DNA of 64,000 bases from Macrostomum lignano (GCA_002269645.1 NIVC01003824.1:11070-75069), one strand, 5' to 3'; counted from the stretch's first letter, positions 24,299-37,170 are shown. A program made the numbers and translations. Notes: generated by a model not told the origin, from the letters alone.

Positions 24299-26372
24299 AC
24301 ACAAGCTCGCAATTGTCAGGCTTCGTCACCGTGTCAGTGGTGAACGGCCTGGCCTACCTGTGGCAGCGGTGCATTGTGCACCGGGACGTGAAGCTGGCCA
24401 ACATCCTGGCCTGCCGCTCAGGCCGCGTGAAAATCTGCGACCTCGGCCTGGCCAAGGAGGCGGCGCCAGCCGGTCAAGACGCTGCCGCCTATGTGTCCAC
24501 CTGCCTGGCCAGCTCGTTCTGCGGCAGCTACGAGTACATGTCGCCGGAAAGGGTCCGAGCCAAGCGCTACGGGCACAGGGCGGACGTGTGGGGCCTCGGC
24601 GTGGCGCTGTACGAGCTGGCCTGCGGTCAGCGGCCCTTCGGCGGTCGCGGCGCGCTGCTCGGCCAGATGCTGGCGGACATCCGCGAAGCTCGGGTGCCGC
24701 GGATGCGAGCGGATATTGCTGAGGCATTGTCCGCCGAGTTCCACGCCATGTACACTGCTTGGTGAGCTTTGGGGCTTTGGCTTAGTTTGTTGGGTCTCCC
24801 TGTGTGTTCGGAGGCAATTTGGACAGATCAATCAGATCTTCTGAATGTTTGATTAGATCTTGTGGACCCTAGATTAGATCATCTAGATAGTAGCTTAGAT
24901 CATCTAGACACCAGATTAGATCATCTAGACACCAGATTAGATCATCTATACTAGGCACTAGATTAGATCATTTAGACTAGACACTAGATTAGATCATCTA
25001 GACTAGACACTAGATTAGATCGTCTAGACTAGACACTAGATTAGATCATCTAGACTAGACACTAGATTAGATCATATAGACTAGACACTAGATTAGATCA
25101 TCTAGACTAGACACTAGATTAGATCATCTAGACTAGACACTAGATTAGATCATCTAGACTAGACACTAGATTAGATCATCTAGACTAGACACTAGATTAG
25201 ATCATCTAGACTAGACACTAGATAAGATCATCTAGACTAGACACTAGATTATATCATCTAGACTAGACACTAGATTAGATCATCTAGACTAGACACTAGA
25301 TTAGATCATCTAGACTAGACACTAGATTAGATCATATAGACTAGACACTAGATAAGATCATCTAGACTAGACACTAGAGAAGATCATCTAGACTAGACAC
25401 TAGATTAGATTATCTATACTAGGCACTAGATTAGATAATCTCGACACTAGATTAGATCATCTCGACACTAGATTGATCATCTAGACTAGATACTAGATTA
25501 GATCATCTAGACTAGACACTAGATAAGATTATCTAGACTAGACACTAGATTAGATCATAGGCTAGACACTAGATAAGATTATCTAGACTAGACACTAGAT
25601 AAGATTATCTAGACTAGACACTAGATAAGATCATAGGCTAGACACTAGATAAGATCATCTAGACTAGACACTAGATTAGATCATCTAGACTAGACACTAG
25701 ATTAGATCATCTAGACTAGACACTAGATTAGATCATCTAGACTAGACACTAGATAAGATCATCTAGACTAGACACTAGATTAGATCATCTAGACTAGACA
25801 CTAGATTAGATCATATAGACTAGACACTAGATTAGATCATATAGACTAGACACTGGATTAGATCATCTAGACTAGACACTAGATAAGATCATCTAGACTA
25901 GACACTAGATTAGATCATCTAGACTAGACACTAGATTAGATCATCTAGACTAGACACTAGATTAGATCATCTAGACTAGACACTAGATTAGATCATCTAG
26001 ACTAGACACTAGATTAGATCATAGGCTAGACACTAGATAAGATTATCTAGACTAGACACTAGATAAGATCATAGGCTAGACACTAGATAAGATCATCTAG
26101 ACTAGACACTAGTTTAGATCATATAGACTATACACTAGATTAGATCATCTAGATTAGATAATCTAGGTATTTAATATCCTAAAAAGCCATTTTCAACTGC
26201 TTATTTTCACAGCTTGCAACGCAAAGCGAAGCACCGGCCATCCAAGCTGACCATAAAGAGCTGCCCGTTCTACGCGAAGTTCGCGAACCTGTCCGGCTCC
26301 GCAGCCGCAGAGCTGACGGAGCACTTTAAAGCTTGGCTCGCCTCGGCTTTGATTAGAATTGGGCGGCGTTAA
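19686..26372 (+). CDS. MAP2K5: MAP kinase kinase 5 (MEK5)-like with N-terminal PB1 domain. Exons: 19686-19963, ~20325-20592, ~20630-2073x (uncertain), ~2188x/21984-22190, 23386-23648, 24320-24761, 26213-26372
   Basis: PB1 OPCA-like [18 protein letters not shown]. Kinase motifs [54 protein letters not shown]. The 8-residue spacing SLD-x8-VLG and GLAYLW match MEK5 rather than MEK1/2. The kinase exon junctions close in frame (phases 2,1,2); junctions between 20.3 and 22 kb are uncertain. Confidence 0.88.
20030..20260. repeat. Degenerate ~35-38-nt tandem repeat (TGATTTATGACTGACTGATAGGTGCAGTTA) in MAP2K5 intron
   Basis: Direct reading, about 6 copies. Confidence 0.75.
20960..21865. repeat. 12-nt minisatellite (AATAATCGCCCC/A) in MAP2K5 intron
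   Basis: Direct reading. It explains the NNRP / IIAP / GRLL ORFs. Confidence 0.95.
22198..23330. repeat. GA-rich 7-nt-based repeat (GGGAGAT/GGGAGAGT) in MAP2K5 intron
   Basis: Direct reading; lies inside intron 22191-23385. Confidence 0.93.
23675..24298. repeat. (TCTG)n microsatellite in MAP2K5 intron
   Basis: Direct reading; intron 23649-24319. Confidence 0.95.
24870..26165. repeat. 26-nt satellite (AGACTAGACACTAGATTAGATCATCT) in last MAP2K5 intron
   Basis: 26-nt period, about 48 copies; intron 24762-26212. Confidence 0.95.
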
Positions 26373-26574
26373 CTGCAGCTAACTAACTGCCAACTTGTTA
26401 ATTTTTTGTTTATTTAAATATGTTTTTGAGGTGCTGCTAACTTTGTTCTTATTCTACACCGGCTATAGTTATCTGTAGCTAGAGATATATAAATATAATG
26501 ATGTGCACCATGTTCTGATTTTCATGTAATAATTCTGTACATCTTTATGCTCGTTGACCAAGCTTACTGAATCC

Positions 26575-28432
26575 ACAGACTCAATCTAGGGTGAGATTTT
26601 GAATGCACTGACTCAATCTAGGGTGAGATTTTGAATCCACAGACTCAAAATATAGGTGACATTTTGAATGCACTGACTCAATCCAGGGTGACATTTTGAA
26701 TGCACTGACTCAATCCAGGGTGAGATTTTGAATGCACTGACTCAATCCAGGGTGAGATTTTGAATGCACTGACTCAATCCAGGGTGAGATTTTGAATGCA
26801 CTGACTCAATCCAGGGTGAGATTTTGAATGCACTGACTCAATCCAGGGTGAGATTTTGAATGCACTGACTCAATCCAGGGTGAGATTTTGAATGCACTGA
26901 CTCAATCCAGGGTGAGATTTTGAATGCACTGACTCAATCCAGGGTGAGATTTTGAATGCACTGACTCAATCCAGGGTGAGATTTTGAATGCACTGACTCA
27001 ATCCAGGGTGAGATTTTGAATGCACTGACTCAATCCAGGGTAAGATTTTGAATGCACTGACTCAATCCAGGGTAAGATTTTGAATGCACTGACTCAATCT
27101 AGGGTGAGATTTTGAATGCACTGACTCAATCTAGGGTGAGATTTTGAATTCACTGACTCAATCTAGGGTGAGATTTTGAATCCACTGACTCAAAATTTAG
27201 GGTGAGATTTTAAATGCACTGACTCAAAATGTAGGGTGAGATTTTAAATGCACTGACTCAAAATGTAGGGTGAGATTTTAAATGCACTGACTCAAAATCT
27301 AGGGTGAGATTTTAAATGCACTGACTCAAAATGTAGGGTGAGATTTTGAATGCACGGACTCAATCCAGGGCGAGACTTTTAATTGCACTGACAATCTAGG
27401 TGAGATTTTGAATGCACTGACTCAACAATCCAGTCTGAGATTTTGAATGCACAGACTCAAAATATAGGTGACATTTTGAATGCACTGACTCAATCTAGGG
27501 TGAGATTTTGAAACCACTGACTCAATCCAGGGTGAGATTTTGAATGCACTGACTCAATCCAGGGTGAGATTTTGAATGCACTGACTCAATCCAGGGTAAG
27601 ATTTTGAATGCACTGACTTAATCTAGGGTGAGATTTTGAATGCACTGACTCAATCTAGGGTGAGATTTTGAATCCACTGACTCAAAATGTAGGGTGAGAT
27701 TTTAAATGCACTGACTCAAAATGTAGGGTGAGATTTTAAATGCACTGACTCAAAATCTAGGGTGAGATTTTAAATGCACTGACTCAAAATGTAGGGTGAG
27801 ATTTTGAATGCACGGACTCAATCCAGGGCGAGACTTTTAATTGCACTGACAATCTAGGTGAGATTTTGAATGCACTGACTCAATCCAGTCTGAGATTTTG
27901 AATGCACAGACTCAAAATATAGGTGACATTTTGAATGCCCTGACTCAATCTAGGGTGAGATTTTGAAACCACTGACTCAATCCAGGGTGAGATTTTAAAT
28001 GCACTAACTCAATCCAGAGTGAGATTTTGAATGACCTGACACAATCGAGGGTGAGATTTTGAAACCACTGACTCAATCTAGGGTGAGATTTTGAATCCAC
28101 AGACTCAATCCAGGGTGAGATTTTGAATGCACTGACTCAATCCAGGGTGAGATTTTGAATGCACTGACTCAAAATGTAGGGTGAGATTTTGAATTCACTG
28201 ACTCAAAATCTAGGGTGAGATTTTGAATTCACTGACTCAAAATCTAGGGTGAGATTTTGAATTCACTGACTCAAAATCTAGGGTGAGATTTTGAATTCAC
28301 TGACTCAAAATCTAGGGTGAGATTTTGAATGCACGGACTGAATCCAGGGGGGAGACTTTTAATTGCATTGACAATCTAGGGTGAGATTTTGAATGCACTG
28401 ACTCAATCTAGGGTGAGATTTTGAATCCACTC
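26575..28432. repeat. 32-nt satellite (GACTCAATCCAGGGTGAGATTTTGAATGCACT) between MAP2K5 and TIMMDC1
   Basis: 32-nt period, roughly 55 copies, with an internal block duplication. Most units contain TGACTCA. Confidence 0.95.
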
Positions 28433-28568
28433 ACTCAAGCCAGAATGAAAGCTTTGGATTATAACCTACTGCTTCCAAAGCAAAATGAAAATCCGTTTAC
28501 AATCAAATCCTGCATTCACTTTTTCAGCCTTACAAACCAATTTTGTGACATTCCACATCGAGCTCCCA

Positions 28569-29679
28569 ATGAGCCTCTCCGACCTGGTCAGACTTCGCGG
28601 CTTTCGAGCAGCCGCCTCGCCGATCCACTGCCGAGCTTCATCACCGCCACCGCCGCCGCACAGCCTCCCTCCGGCGCCAGTCGATGATCTTGACGAGTCC
28701 CTGCTGGCAGACGATCTGGGCGCCATGGAGCTGGAGCTTCGGCACCGGGACGCCTACCTGAGGTCGCTGGGCTCGCCGTCCGCTGAGACTGTGGCCCGCA
28801 GCACCCTGGTGACTGACAGCCAGGTGGACCAGATCATGGCTAGCGAAGGTCCGTTAGACAGGCTTAAGGATCTCTACGCGCTCAACGAAGATAATGAGCC
28901 TTCCTATGAGCTAGCCAGCGTCATGCTGGTTTCTATGGCAACGTTTACGTATTTGAATGTTCGCTACACTGTGCAGGAGAGGCGGCTGGCTGGGGTCAGC
29001 TTTGAGGAGAGAAACAAGCTGACTGTGTTCGCCTCCAAGCAGCAGGTGGGGATTTTGTTTTTGTGAATATTAACCAAATATGCTCAAACCTCGGAGAATC
29101 GCCCCTCAAGCCCCAGAGAATCGCCCCTCAAACCTCAGAGAATCGCCCCACAAACCTCAGAGAATCGCCCCTCAAGCCCCAGAGAATCGCCCCTCAAACC
29201 TCAGAGAATCGCCCCACAAACCTCAGAGAATCGCCCCTCAAACCCTAGAAAATCGCCCCACAAACCTCAGAGAATCGCCCCTCAAACCGCAGGCGTCTCG
29301 CCGCAAGATGGACTACATCACAATGCGCGCCCTCCGCCTGGGCTTGAAGCGCTCCGCCAGCTCTTTGATTTTTGCTCCGCTGTTCCTCGGCGGCGCCCAG
29401 TGCATCTCGGCCGTGCGCGGCCGCTCCTCGCCGCTGGACTTCTTGCCGTCGGGCATCGCAGCCGGCGCCTGCGTTCGCGGTGCCCACGGCCTCCAGCCGA
29501 TGCTGGGCGGTGCCGTTCTGGGTGGCTTCCTTGGCGCCGTGGTCGGGACAGTGGTGTACGGCATCCAGATGTACTGCGGCCTGACCTACGAGGAGATGCG
29601 GCGCTACCGACTGACCGAACGGAGCGAGCGGGATGCCCGGCTGATGGCCAAGCTGAACGCTGCAAGAGAGCAGGCCTGA
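28569..29679 (+). CDS. TIMMDC1: Complex I assembly factor TIMMDC1 (Tim17/Tim22 family); exons 28569-29045 and 29293-29679
   Basis: EGPLDRLKDLYALNEDNEPSYEL, VFASKQQ|ASRRKMDYITMRALRLG, GAVLGGFLGAVVG and IQMYCGLTYEE align with TIMMDC1 features. Phase-0 GT..AG intron at 29046-29292. The ORF-track start at 28485 is possible but less likely. Confidence 0.8.
29085..29290. repeat. 22-nt minisatellite (CCTCAGAGAATCGCCCCACAAA variants, 66-nt higher-order unit) filling the TIMMDC1 intron
   Basis: Direct reading; 22-aa periodicity in the spurious ORF. Confidence 0.9.
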
Positions 29680-29804
29680 CTTCGGCGGGAGCGTCGAGAT
29701 ATCGAGATATTCAACGATGCCTTCGGGAAGGATTTGAGTTTTCAAGTTCAAATCAATCTTGTCGAGTCTTTACACTAGTGGGCCGCTTTTGCAAGCTCGA
29801 ACTT

Positions 29805-30070
29805 TACAACCCATAAACTTCACAACCCACCGACTTCACAGCCCACAAACTTCACAAGCCACAAACTTCACAACCCACGGACTTCACAGTCCACAAACTT
29901 CACAAGCCACAAACTTCACAAGCCACAAACTTCACAAGCCACAAACTTCACAACCCACAAACTTCACAAGCCACCGACTTCACAACCCACTAACTTCACA
30001 ATTCACAAACTTCACAACCAAAACTTCACAACCCACAAACTTCACAGCCCATAAATTTCACAACCCACAA
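29805..30070. repeat. 16-nt tandem repeat (CACAAACTTCACAAGC)
   Basis: Direct reading. Confidence 0.9.
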
Positions 30071-30482
30071 ATGTCGAAAAGTCCTGCTGGTCACCTTTCT
30101 AGCTCCATAGTTCATAATTTTGTCTACATTGAAGAAGCTGCCTATATATAAATACAGGTTTTGCTAATCAATTTAACTATGTTTGTTTAAGAGTCAATCT
30201 TAAAGAAAAAAGTCGAATAACTTAAGTGTGAAAAGTTCAAGTAGTTCATATTTTGTGTGCTGGATGAATTTCTAGGCATTTGGCTTGTTTGTCTTTTGCT
30301 CATTAATTGGTATCGTTTGTTCTGCTCTTTGGCATGCTCAGAGTCCACGCCTCTGCTGTGTAAAATATACTGTACTGTTGAGCCCGCTGCCTTTATGGTG
30401 CACTGCTTATGCTGCGCATTGAAGCTTGACGAATGCAAGTCAAATAATTCTGTTAGCGGTGTTGATTCGTTCCTTTTTAGTA

Positions 30483-30905
<423 letters not shown>

Positions 30906-31364
30906 TGTTGTCTGTCTGCTCAACTGTCACTCATTCCTGTTGTTAGCAATTTTAGAGCACCCTATCTAATGCATCAGTATTTGCTCTGGGCTGAGTGTCT
31001 GACTGACGGACTCTAATTCAAATATGGAAATATCCCAAGAGGTCCATTATGCTTTGCGTGAGTTAAATAGCCAACAGTATTAACAAGTGACTCTCAAAGG
31101 ATGGCAAACATTCGTCTGCTTGTGTTTGTAATTTAATTTGCGTGTTGAAGATGACACAATTTTGCAACTCAATTAGCTACCATAGCAAATATACTTTCTA
31201 GGAAATAGCCAGTGCAGCTAACAGCTGCAACACTGGAATTAAGCGGATTATGGAACGGATTCGGCGTTTCGGCTGAAATTTTTCATAAAAGCGGAAAACT
31301 CGATCGACTGCTGTTGAGGAAAATTTTCTTAGATTAAATTTATTAAATAAAAAAGAAGTCTACA

Positions 31365-34300
31365 ATGATTCAAATCGTTCGCTCTGGACTGCTGCTGCTC
31401 CTCTGCTGCTGTTCGCTGGGTAAGTTGGCAGGCAGGCAGCTGCTAGGCTGGGGGGCAGGAATGTCGGATAGGATCTGAATTCAATATGAGGGACTGGGTT
31501 AATGGCGCCTAATGATCATTTGATGAGGCTACATGTAAATGGAGATCATCAGTGAGGCTAAATGGTCATTAGTGAGGCTAAATGGTCATTAGTGAGGCTA
31601 AATGGTCATTAGTGAGGCTAAATGGTCATTAGTGACGCTAAATAGTCGTTAGTGACGCTAAATGGTCATTAGTGAGGCTAAATGGTCATTAGTGAGGCTA
31701 AATGGTCATTAGTGAGGCTAAATGGTCATTAGTGACGCTAAATAGTCGTTAGTGACGCTAAATGGTCATTAGTGAGGCTAAATGGTCATTAGTGACGCTG
31801 AATGGTCATTAGTGACGCTAAATAGTCGTTAGTGGGGCTAAATGGTCATTAGTGACGCTAAATGGTCATCAGTGACGCTGAATGGTCATTACTGACGCCA
31901 AATGGTCATTAGTGACGCTAAATGGTCATTAGTGACGCTAAATGGTCATTAGTGACGCTAAATGGTCATTAGTGACGCTAAATGGTCATCAGTGACGCTG
32001 AATGGTCATTAGTGACGCTAAATGGTCATTAGTGACGCTGAATGGTCATTGGTGACGCTAGATAACAGTGATCGATAGCTCCGAAATGAAGTACTCGAAC
32101 GGATGTTCATTCCAGCCTCCAGCGTCGGCTCCAACGTGAACCAGGTCGAGCTGGTCAGAACCGACTCGGTTTTCATCGACAATGTGACGAGCAGTTTCGA
32201 GCTGAATGTGACTGGCGTCAGGTCTGAGATCGAGTGCGCCACGGCCTGCATGCAGAGAGGCTGCTCAGTAGCCAGTGTGGCCAAAGGCTCCGAACTCTGC
32301 CGAATGATTTGTATAGTCGACTTCACCCAACTGCCGCCGAATTCGAACGCGAGTCGCGTCCGGCGACACATTGAGGCTGGACCGTCCGATCGGCTGTGGA
32401 AAGTTGCCGGTCTGGAGCTGCGGCTGGCCGCCCTGCTGCCGCCGTTTGAGAAGACTTTTTCTGGTGAGTTTTTTGGAGGGGGGAATCTGGTGGTCTGATG
32501 GTTCCAGAAATACAGCGATGGAGCGTTGAAGGCGGTCGCCGACATCGTGACATGCGACGAGACTTGGGTGTACTGCTACGAGCCAGAGCGCAAGTGCCAG
32601 TCGCAGGTGAGGGCGTTTCCAGACGAGGTGCCGCCAACGAAGGTCGTGCGAGGCGGGAGCACCGGCAAGCAGATGGTCGCAACTTTTTTCCGTCGCTCAG
32701 GTCACGTGGCGACTGTGCGGCTGCTGGATCAGCGCACGGTGACTGCGGCCTGGTATACCGGCGTCTGCTTGCCACAGGTCATCCACAGCCTGAGCAGGAC
32801 GCGTCCGAAGTCAGGTGTCCGATGCTCACACGGATCAGGCAACACAGCAGTTTCTGCAGACTCAGGGACCAGTCACCCGCCAAAGTCACCCGTCATACTC
32901 GCCTGATCTGGCACCGTGTGACTTTTTCTCTTCCCTAAAGTCAAGGGACTCGCTGCGTGGCCGGCGATTTTCGACTGCAGAGGAGGCTGCTGATGCATTC
33001 GACAAGATGGTGAAAGGGGTGTCCACTTCTGAGTGGCACCACTGCTTTGTCACCACGTTTGAGAGGATGAGGCGCTGCATCCAAGCTGATGGAGACTACT
33101 TTGAGAAGCTGTGAAAATTTCAGCTTCATAGCTGCTTCTGTTTAGATGTAGCTAAGAACTTTTGCAGTGCCCCTCGTATGAGCTCAAGTTGACAGGCCCT
33201 TTCTCTCTTCTTTGACAAACAACTGTTCTTTTCCTGCTCAAAGCCTCGCAGGATGGCCGGTTCGGTTCAGATTCGGTTCGGTTCAGAACAACGGTTCGGT
33301 TCAATCGGTGCAGCTGCCGTTCACCGCCTGCTACCGGATCGAGGCTCTGGGCGCTGACGGCGGTTCTGTAGGCTTCACTAGAGGAGGCAACGGCGCCAAA
33401 ATGAGCGGCAACTTCAGCCTGACAGCGGGAACGGTTCTGTCCGTTGTTGTCGGGCAGAGAGGCAGGGATTGTGGATTATTGTCTTTTGTCTACAGACGCA
33501 ATGCTGGCGGCGGCGGAGGCAGCTTCGTGTACACGAAGCCCGAGGAGACCCTGTTGCTGGCTGCCGGAGGTGGCGGCGGTGCCAGCAAAGATTCTAAAGG
33601 TGATCCAAGTCTGCGAATCTGAGGGACTGTAGGAGAATCGGCGCCAAATCTGAATGATTAGAAGAATCGGCGCCAAATCTGAAGGATTAGAAGAATCGAC
33701 GCCAAATCTGAGGGATTAGAAGAATCGGCGCCAAATCTGAAGGATTAGAAGAATCGACGCCAAATCTGAGGGATTAGGAGAATCGGCGCCAAATCTGAAT
33801 GATTAGAAGAATCGGCGCCAAATCTGAAGGATTAGAAGAATCGACGCCAAATCTGAGGGATTAGAAGAATCGGCGCCAAATCTGAAGGATTAGAAGAATC
33901 GACGCCAAATCTGAGGGATTAAGAGAATCGGCGCCAAATCTGAATGATTAGAAGAATCGGCGCCAAATCTGAATGATTAGAAGAATCGACGCCAAATCTG
34001 AAGGATTAGAAGAATCGACGCCAAATCTGAAGGATTAGAAGAATCGACGCCAAATCTGAAGGATTAGAAGAATCGACGCCAAATCTGAGGGATTAGGAGA
34101 ATCGGCGCCAAATCTGAAGGATTAGGAGAATCGGCGCCAAATCTGAGGGACTGTAGGAGAATCGGCGCCGAATCTGATGGACTGTAGGAGAATCGGCGCC
34201 AAATCTGAGGGACTGTGGGAGAATCGGCGCCAAATCTGAGGGACTGTAGGAGAATCGGCGCCGAATCTGATGGACTGTAGGAGAATCGGCGCCAAATCTG

Positions 34301-35346
34301 AGGGACTGTGGGAGAATCGGCGCCGAATCTGAGGGACTGTAGGAGAATCGGCGCCAAATCTGAGGGACTGTGGGAGAATCGGCGCCAAATCTGAATGATT
34401 AGAAGAATCGGCGCCAAATCTGAAGGATTAGAAGAATCGACGCCAAATCTGAAGGATTAGAAGAATCGACGCCAAATCTGAGGGATTAGGAGAATCGGCG
34501 CCAAATCTGAAGGATTAGGAGAATCGGCGCCAAATCTGAGGGACTGTAGGAGAATCGGCGCCAAATCTGAGGGACTGTAGGAGAATCGGCGCCGAATCTG
34601 ATGGACTGTGGGAGAATCGGCGCCAAATCTGAGGGACTGTAGGAGAATCGGCGCCAAATCTGAGGGACTGTGGGAGAATCGGCGCCAAATCTGAGGGACT
34701 GTGGGAGAATCGGCGCCAAATCTGAGGGACTGTGGGAGAATCGGCGCCGAATCTGAGGGACTGTAGGAGAATCGGCGCCAAATCTGAGGGACTGTGGGAG
34801 AATCGGCGCCGAATCTGAGGGACTGTAGGAGAATCGGCGCCGAATCTGAAAGGCAAACTGCAAACTGCAGGCGCGGACGGCCAGGGTGGCACCAGCGGAA
34901 CGGACTCCGTGCCGGACTCTCCCAACAAAGGCTTCGGCGGCTCGAACGGCCAGCCGGGGTTCACGAAGACGGATGCGGCGCCAACTGGTGAGCGTCACGG
35001 AGGCTCGGGAGCAGGCTGGCTTGGAAGGCCCAACATGACCCGGAACTCAAGCTACGATGGAGAGCCTGGAAGCGGCCTGGCGAACGGCTGGGTGGGCGGT
35101 GAGGCTGGGTCCGAACACGTCTACAAGGGCGGCTTCGGCGGCGGCGGAGGCGGCGGCCACAACGGAGCCAGCGGCGGCGGCGGCGGCTACAGCGGCGGCG
35201 GAGCCGGTCTGGCCGAAGGCATTGCCGGAGGCGGCGGCGGCTCCTACTGCGGCGGCAGCGGCTGCGTTGGCGTCACAGGCGGCAACTCCAAATCCGGCAA
35301 GAATCACGGGTCAGTGAAGATTGAGCTGCTGCATACTATGTGCTGA
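31365..35346 (+). CDS. Secreted protein: signal peptide + PAN/apple-like domain + ALK/LTK-like glycine-rich domain. Exons: 31365-31419, ~32092-32463, 33252-33599, 34871-35346
   Basis: Exon 1 MIQIVRSGLLLLLCCCSL|GTAAGT. PAN-like SEIECATACMQRGCSVASVAKGSELC. YRIEALGADGG...GGNGAKMSGNFSLTAGTVLSVVVGQRG...GGGGGSFVY...LLLAAGGGGG...GGFGGGGGG...GGGGGYSGG...GGGGGSY...HGSVKI is the ALK/LTK Gly-rich domain signature. The three 3' exons join in phase 1; the exon 1-2 acceptor is uncertain. Confidence 0.75.
31545..32060. repeat. 20-nt tandem repeat (CTAAATGGTCATTAGTGAGG/ACG) in intron 1 of the Gly-rich gene
   Basis: Direct reading, about 25 copies. Confidence 0.95.
32497..33176 (+). mobile_element. 5'-truncated, frameshifted mariner transposase remnant with intact right TIR, inside intron 32464-33251
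   Basis: DIVTCDETWVYCYEPE and HPSYSPDLAPCDFF motifs and C-terminal RCIQADGDYFEKL*. The HDNA segment (second catalytic Asp) is deleted with a frameshift. Ends ...GCCCCTCG|TA. Confidence 0.9.
33620..34850. repeat. 29/31-nt minisatellite (GAGAATCGGCGCCAAATCTGAGGGACTGTAG / ...GAAGGATTA) filling intron 33600-34870
   Basis: Direct reading; two unit variants occur in blocks. Confidence 0.95.
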
Positions 35347-35424
35347 GAAGCTGAGCTGTCACTTTTGATTGGACATTTAAAGCGATTCTATCTGCGACTT
35401 TTTGCGCCTACTGCGCTGAGAGAG

Positions 35425-35662
35425 TGTCTGCGGCACCGAAATGAGTGTATGCGGCACCGAAATGAGTGTATGCGGCACCGAAATGAGTGTCTGCGGCACC
35501 GAAATGAGTGTCTGCGGCACCGAAATGAGTGTCTGTGGCACCGAAATGAGTGTCTGCGGCACCGAAATGAGTGCCTGTGGTGCCAAAATGAGTGTATGCG
35601 GCACCGAAATGAGTGTATGCGGCACCGAAATGAGTGCCTGTGGCGCCAAAATGAGTGCCTGC
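35425..35662. repeat. 21-nt tandem repeat (CGGCACCGAAATGAGTGTCTG), ~11 copies
   Basis: Direct reading; explains the RHRNECL ORF. Confidence 0.9.
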
Positions 35663-36065
35663 GGCAGTTTCAAACTTTGAAAGTGGACCTAGAAAATATT
35701 TCTAAAGTTTATGGAAGGTGGTCAGCTATTGGTGGGGCTACCATATACAGCCAGGGTTTCTTTTATCAGATACGCCATAGCATCCGGCATTTTGACTTTC
35801 AAAGTGACATCCTGATTTTTGACCCCTGATTGGCATCTATACAGCTATCTCTGCAACTATCTATATACAACTATCATACAGCTATCTACGAGCTGTACCA
35901 GATATCAATCTTTTGCTTCACTTTCTGTCGACAATGAGTTTAATTTTTAAATAGACAACCCAAGTTATTGTTGATTCTTAGCAATGCAAAATATTTTATT
36001 GGAAATAGCTAAAACTGTCTAGCCCGTGATTGGATGAAAATATGTTTGCAATTGTTCATTTTGTT

Positions 36066-36100
36066 CTCTGTCTGTCTGTCTGCCTGCCTGCCTGCCTGCC

Positions 36101-36143
<43 letters not shown>

Positions 36144-36192
36144 GTCTGTCTGTCTGTGTCTGTCTGTCTGTCTGCCTGCCTGCCTGCCTGCC

Positions 36193-36230
<38 letters not shown>

Positions 36231-36248
36231 CCTGCCTGCCTGCCTGCC

Positions 36249-36289
<41 letters not shown>

Positions 36290-36296
36290 GCCTGCC

Positions 36297-36337
<41 letters not shown>

Positions 36338-36352
36338 GCCTGCCTGCCTGCC

Positions 36353-36391
<39 letters not shown>

Positions 36392-36528
36392 GTCTGTCTG
36401 TCTGTGTCTGTCTGTCTGTCTGTCTGTCTGTCTGGCTGTCTGTATGTGTCTGTCTGTCTGTCTGTCTGTCTGTGTCTGTCTGTCTGTGTCTGTCTGTCTG
36501 TCTGTCTGTCTGTCTGGCTGTCTGTATG

Positions 36529-36603
<75 letters not shown>

Positions 36604-36618
36604 GTGTGTGTGTGTGTG

Positions 36619-36653
<35 letters not shown>

Positions 36654-36686
36654 ATGTCTGTCTGTCTGTCTGTCTGTCTGTCTGCC

Positions 36687-36717
<31 letters not shown>

Positions 36718-36994
36718 GTGTCTGTCTGCCTGTCTGTCTGTCTGTCTTTCTGTCTGTCTGTCTGTCTGTGTGTCTGTCTGTCTGTCTGTCTGTCTTTACG
36801 TGACTGTCTGTCTGTCTGTGTCTGTCTGTCTGTCTGTCTTAGTGTCTGTCTGTCTGTCTGTCTGTGTGTCTGTCTGTCTGTGTGTCTGTCTGCCTGTCTG
36901 TCTGTCTGTCTGTCTTTCTGTCTGTCTGTCTGTCTGTGTGTCTGTCTGTCTGTCTGTCTTTACGTGTCTGTCTGTCTGTCTGTGTGTCTGTCTC

Positions 36995-37048
<54 letters not shown>

Positions 37049-37120
37049 AGTTTGTCTGTCTGTCTGTCTGTCTTTACCTGTCTGTCTGTCTGTCTGTGTG
37101 TCTGTCTGTGTGTCTGTCTC

Positions 37121-37170
<50 letters not shown>

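Noticed and set aside
35660-35828. TTTGACCCCTG as a hAT-like right end after the 21-nt repeat
   Set aside because: No matching left TIR or TSD was found.
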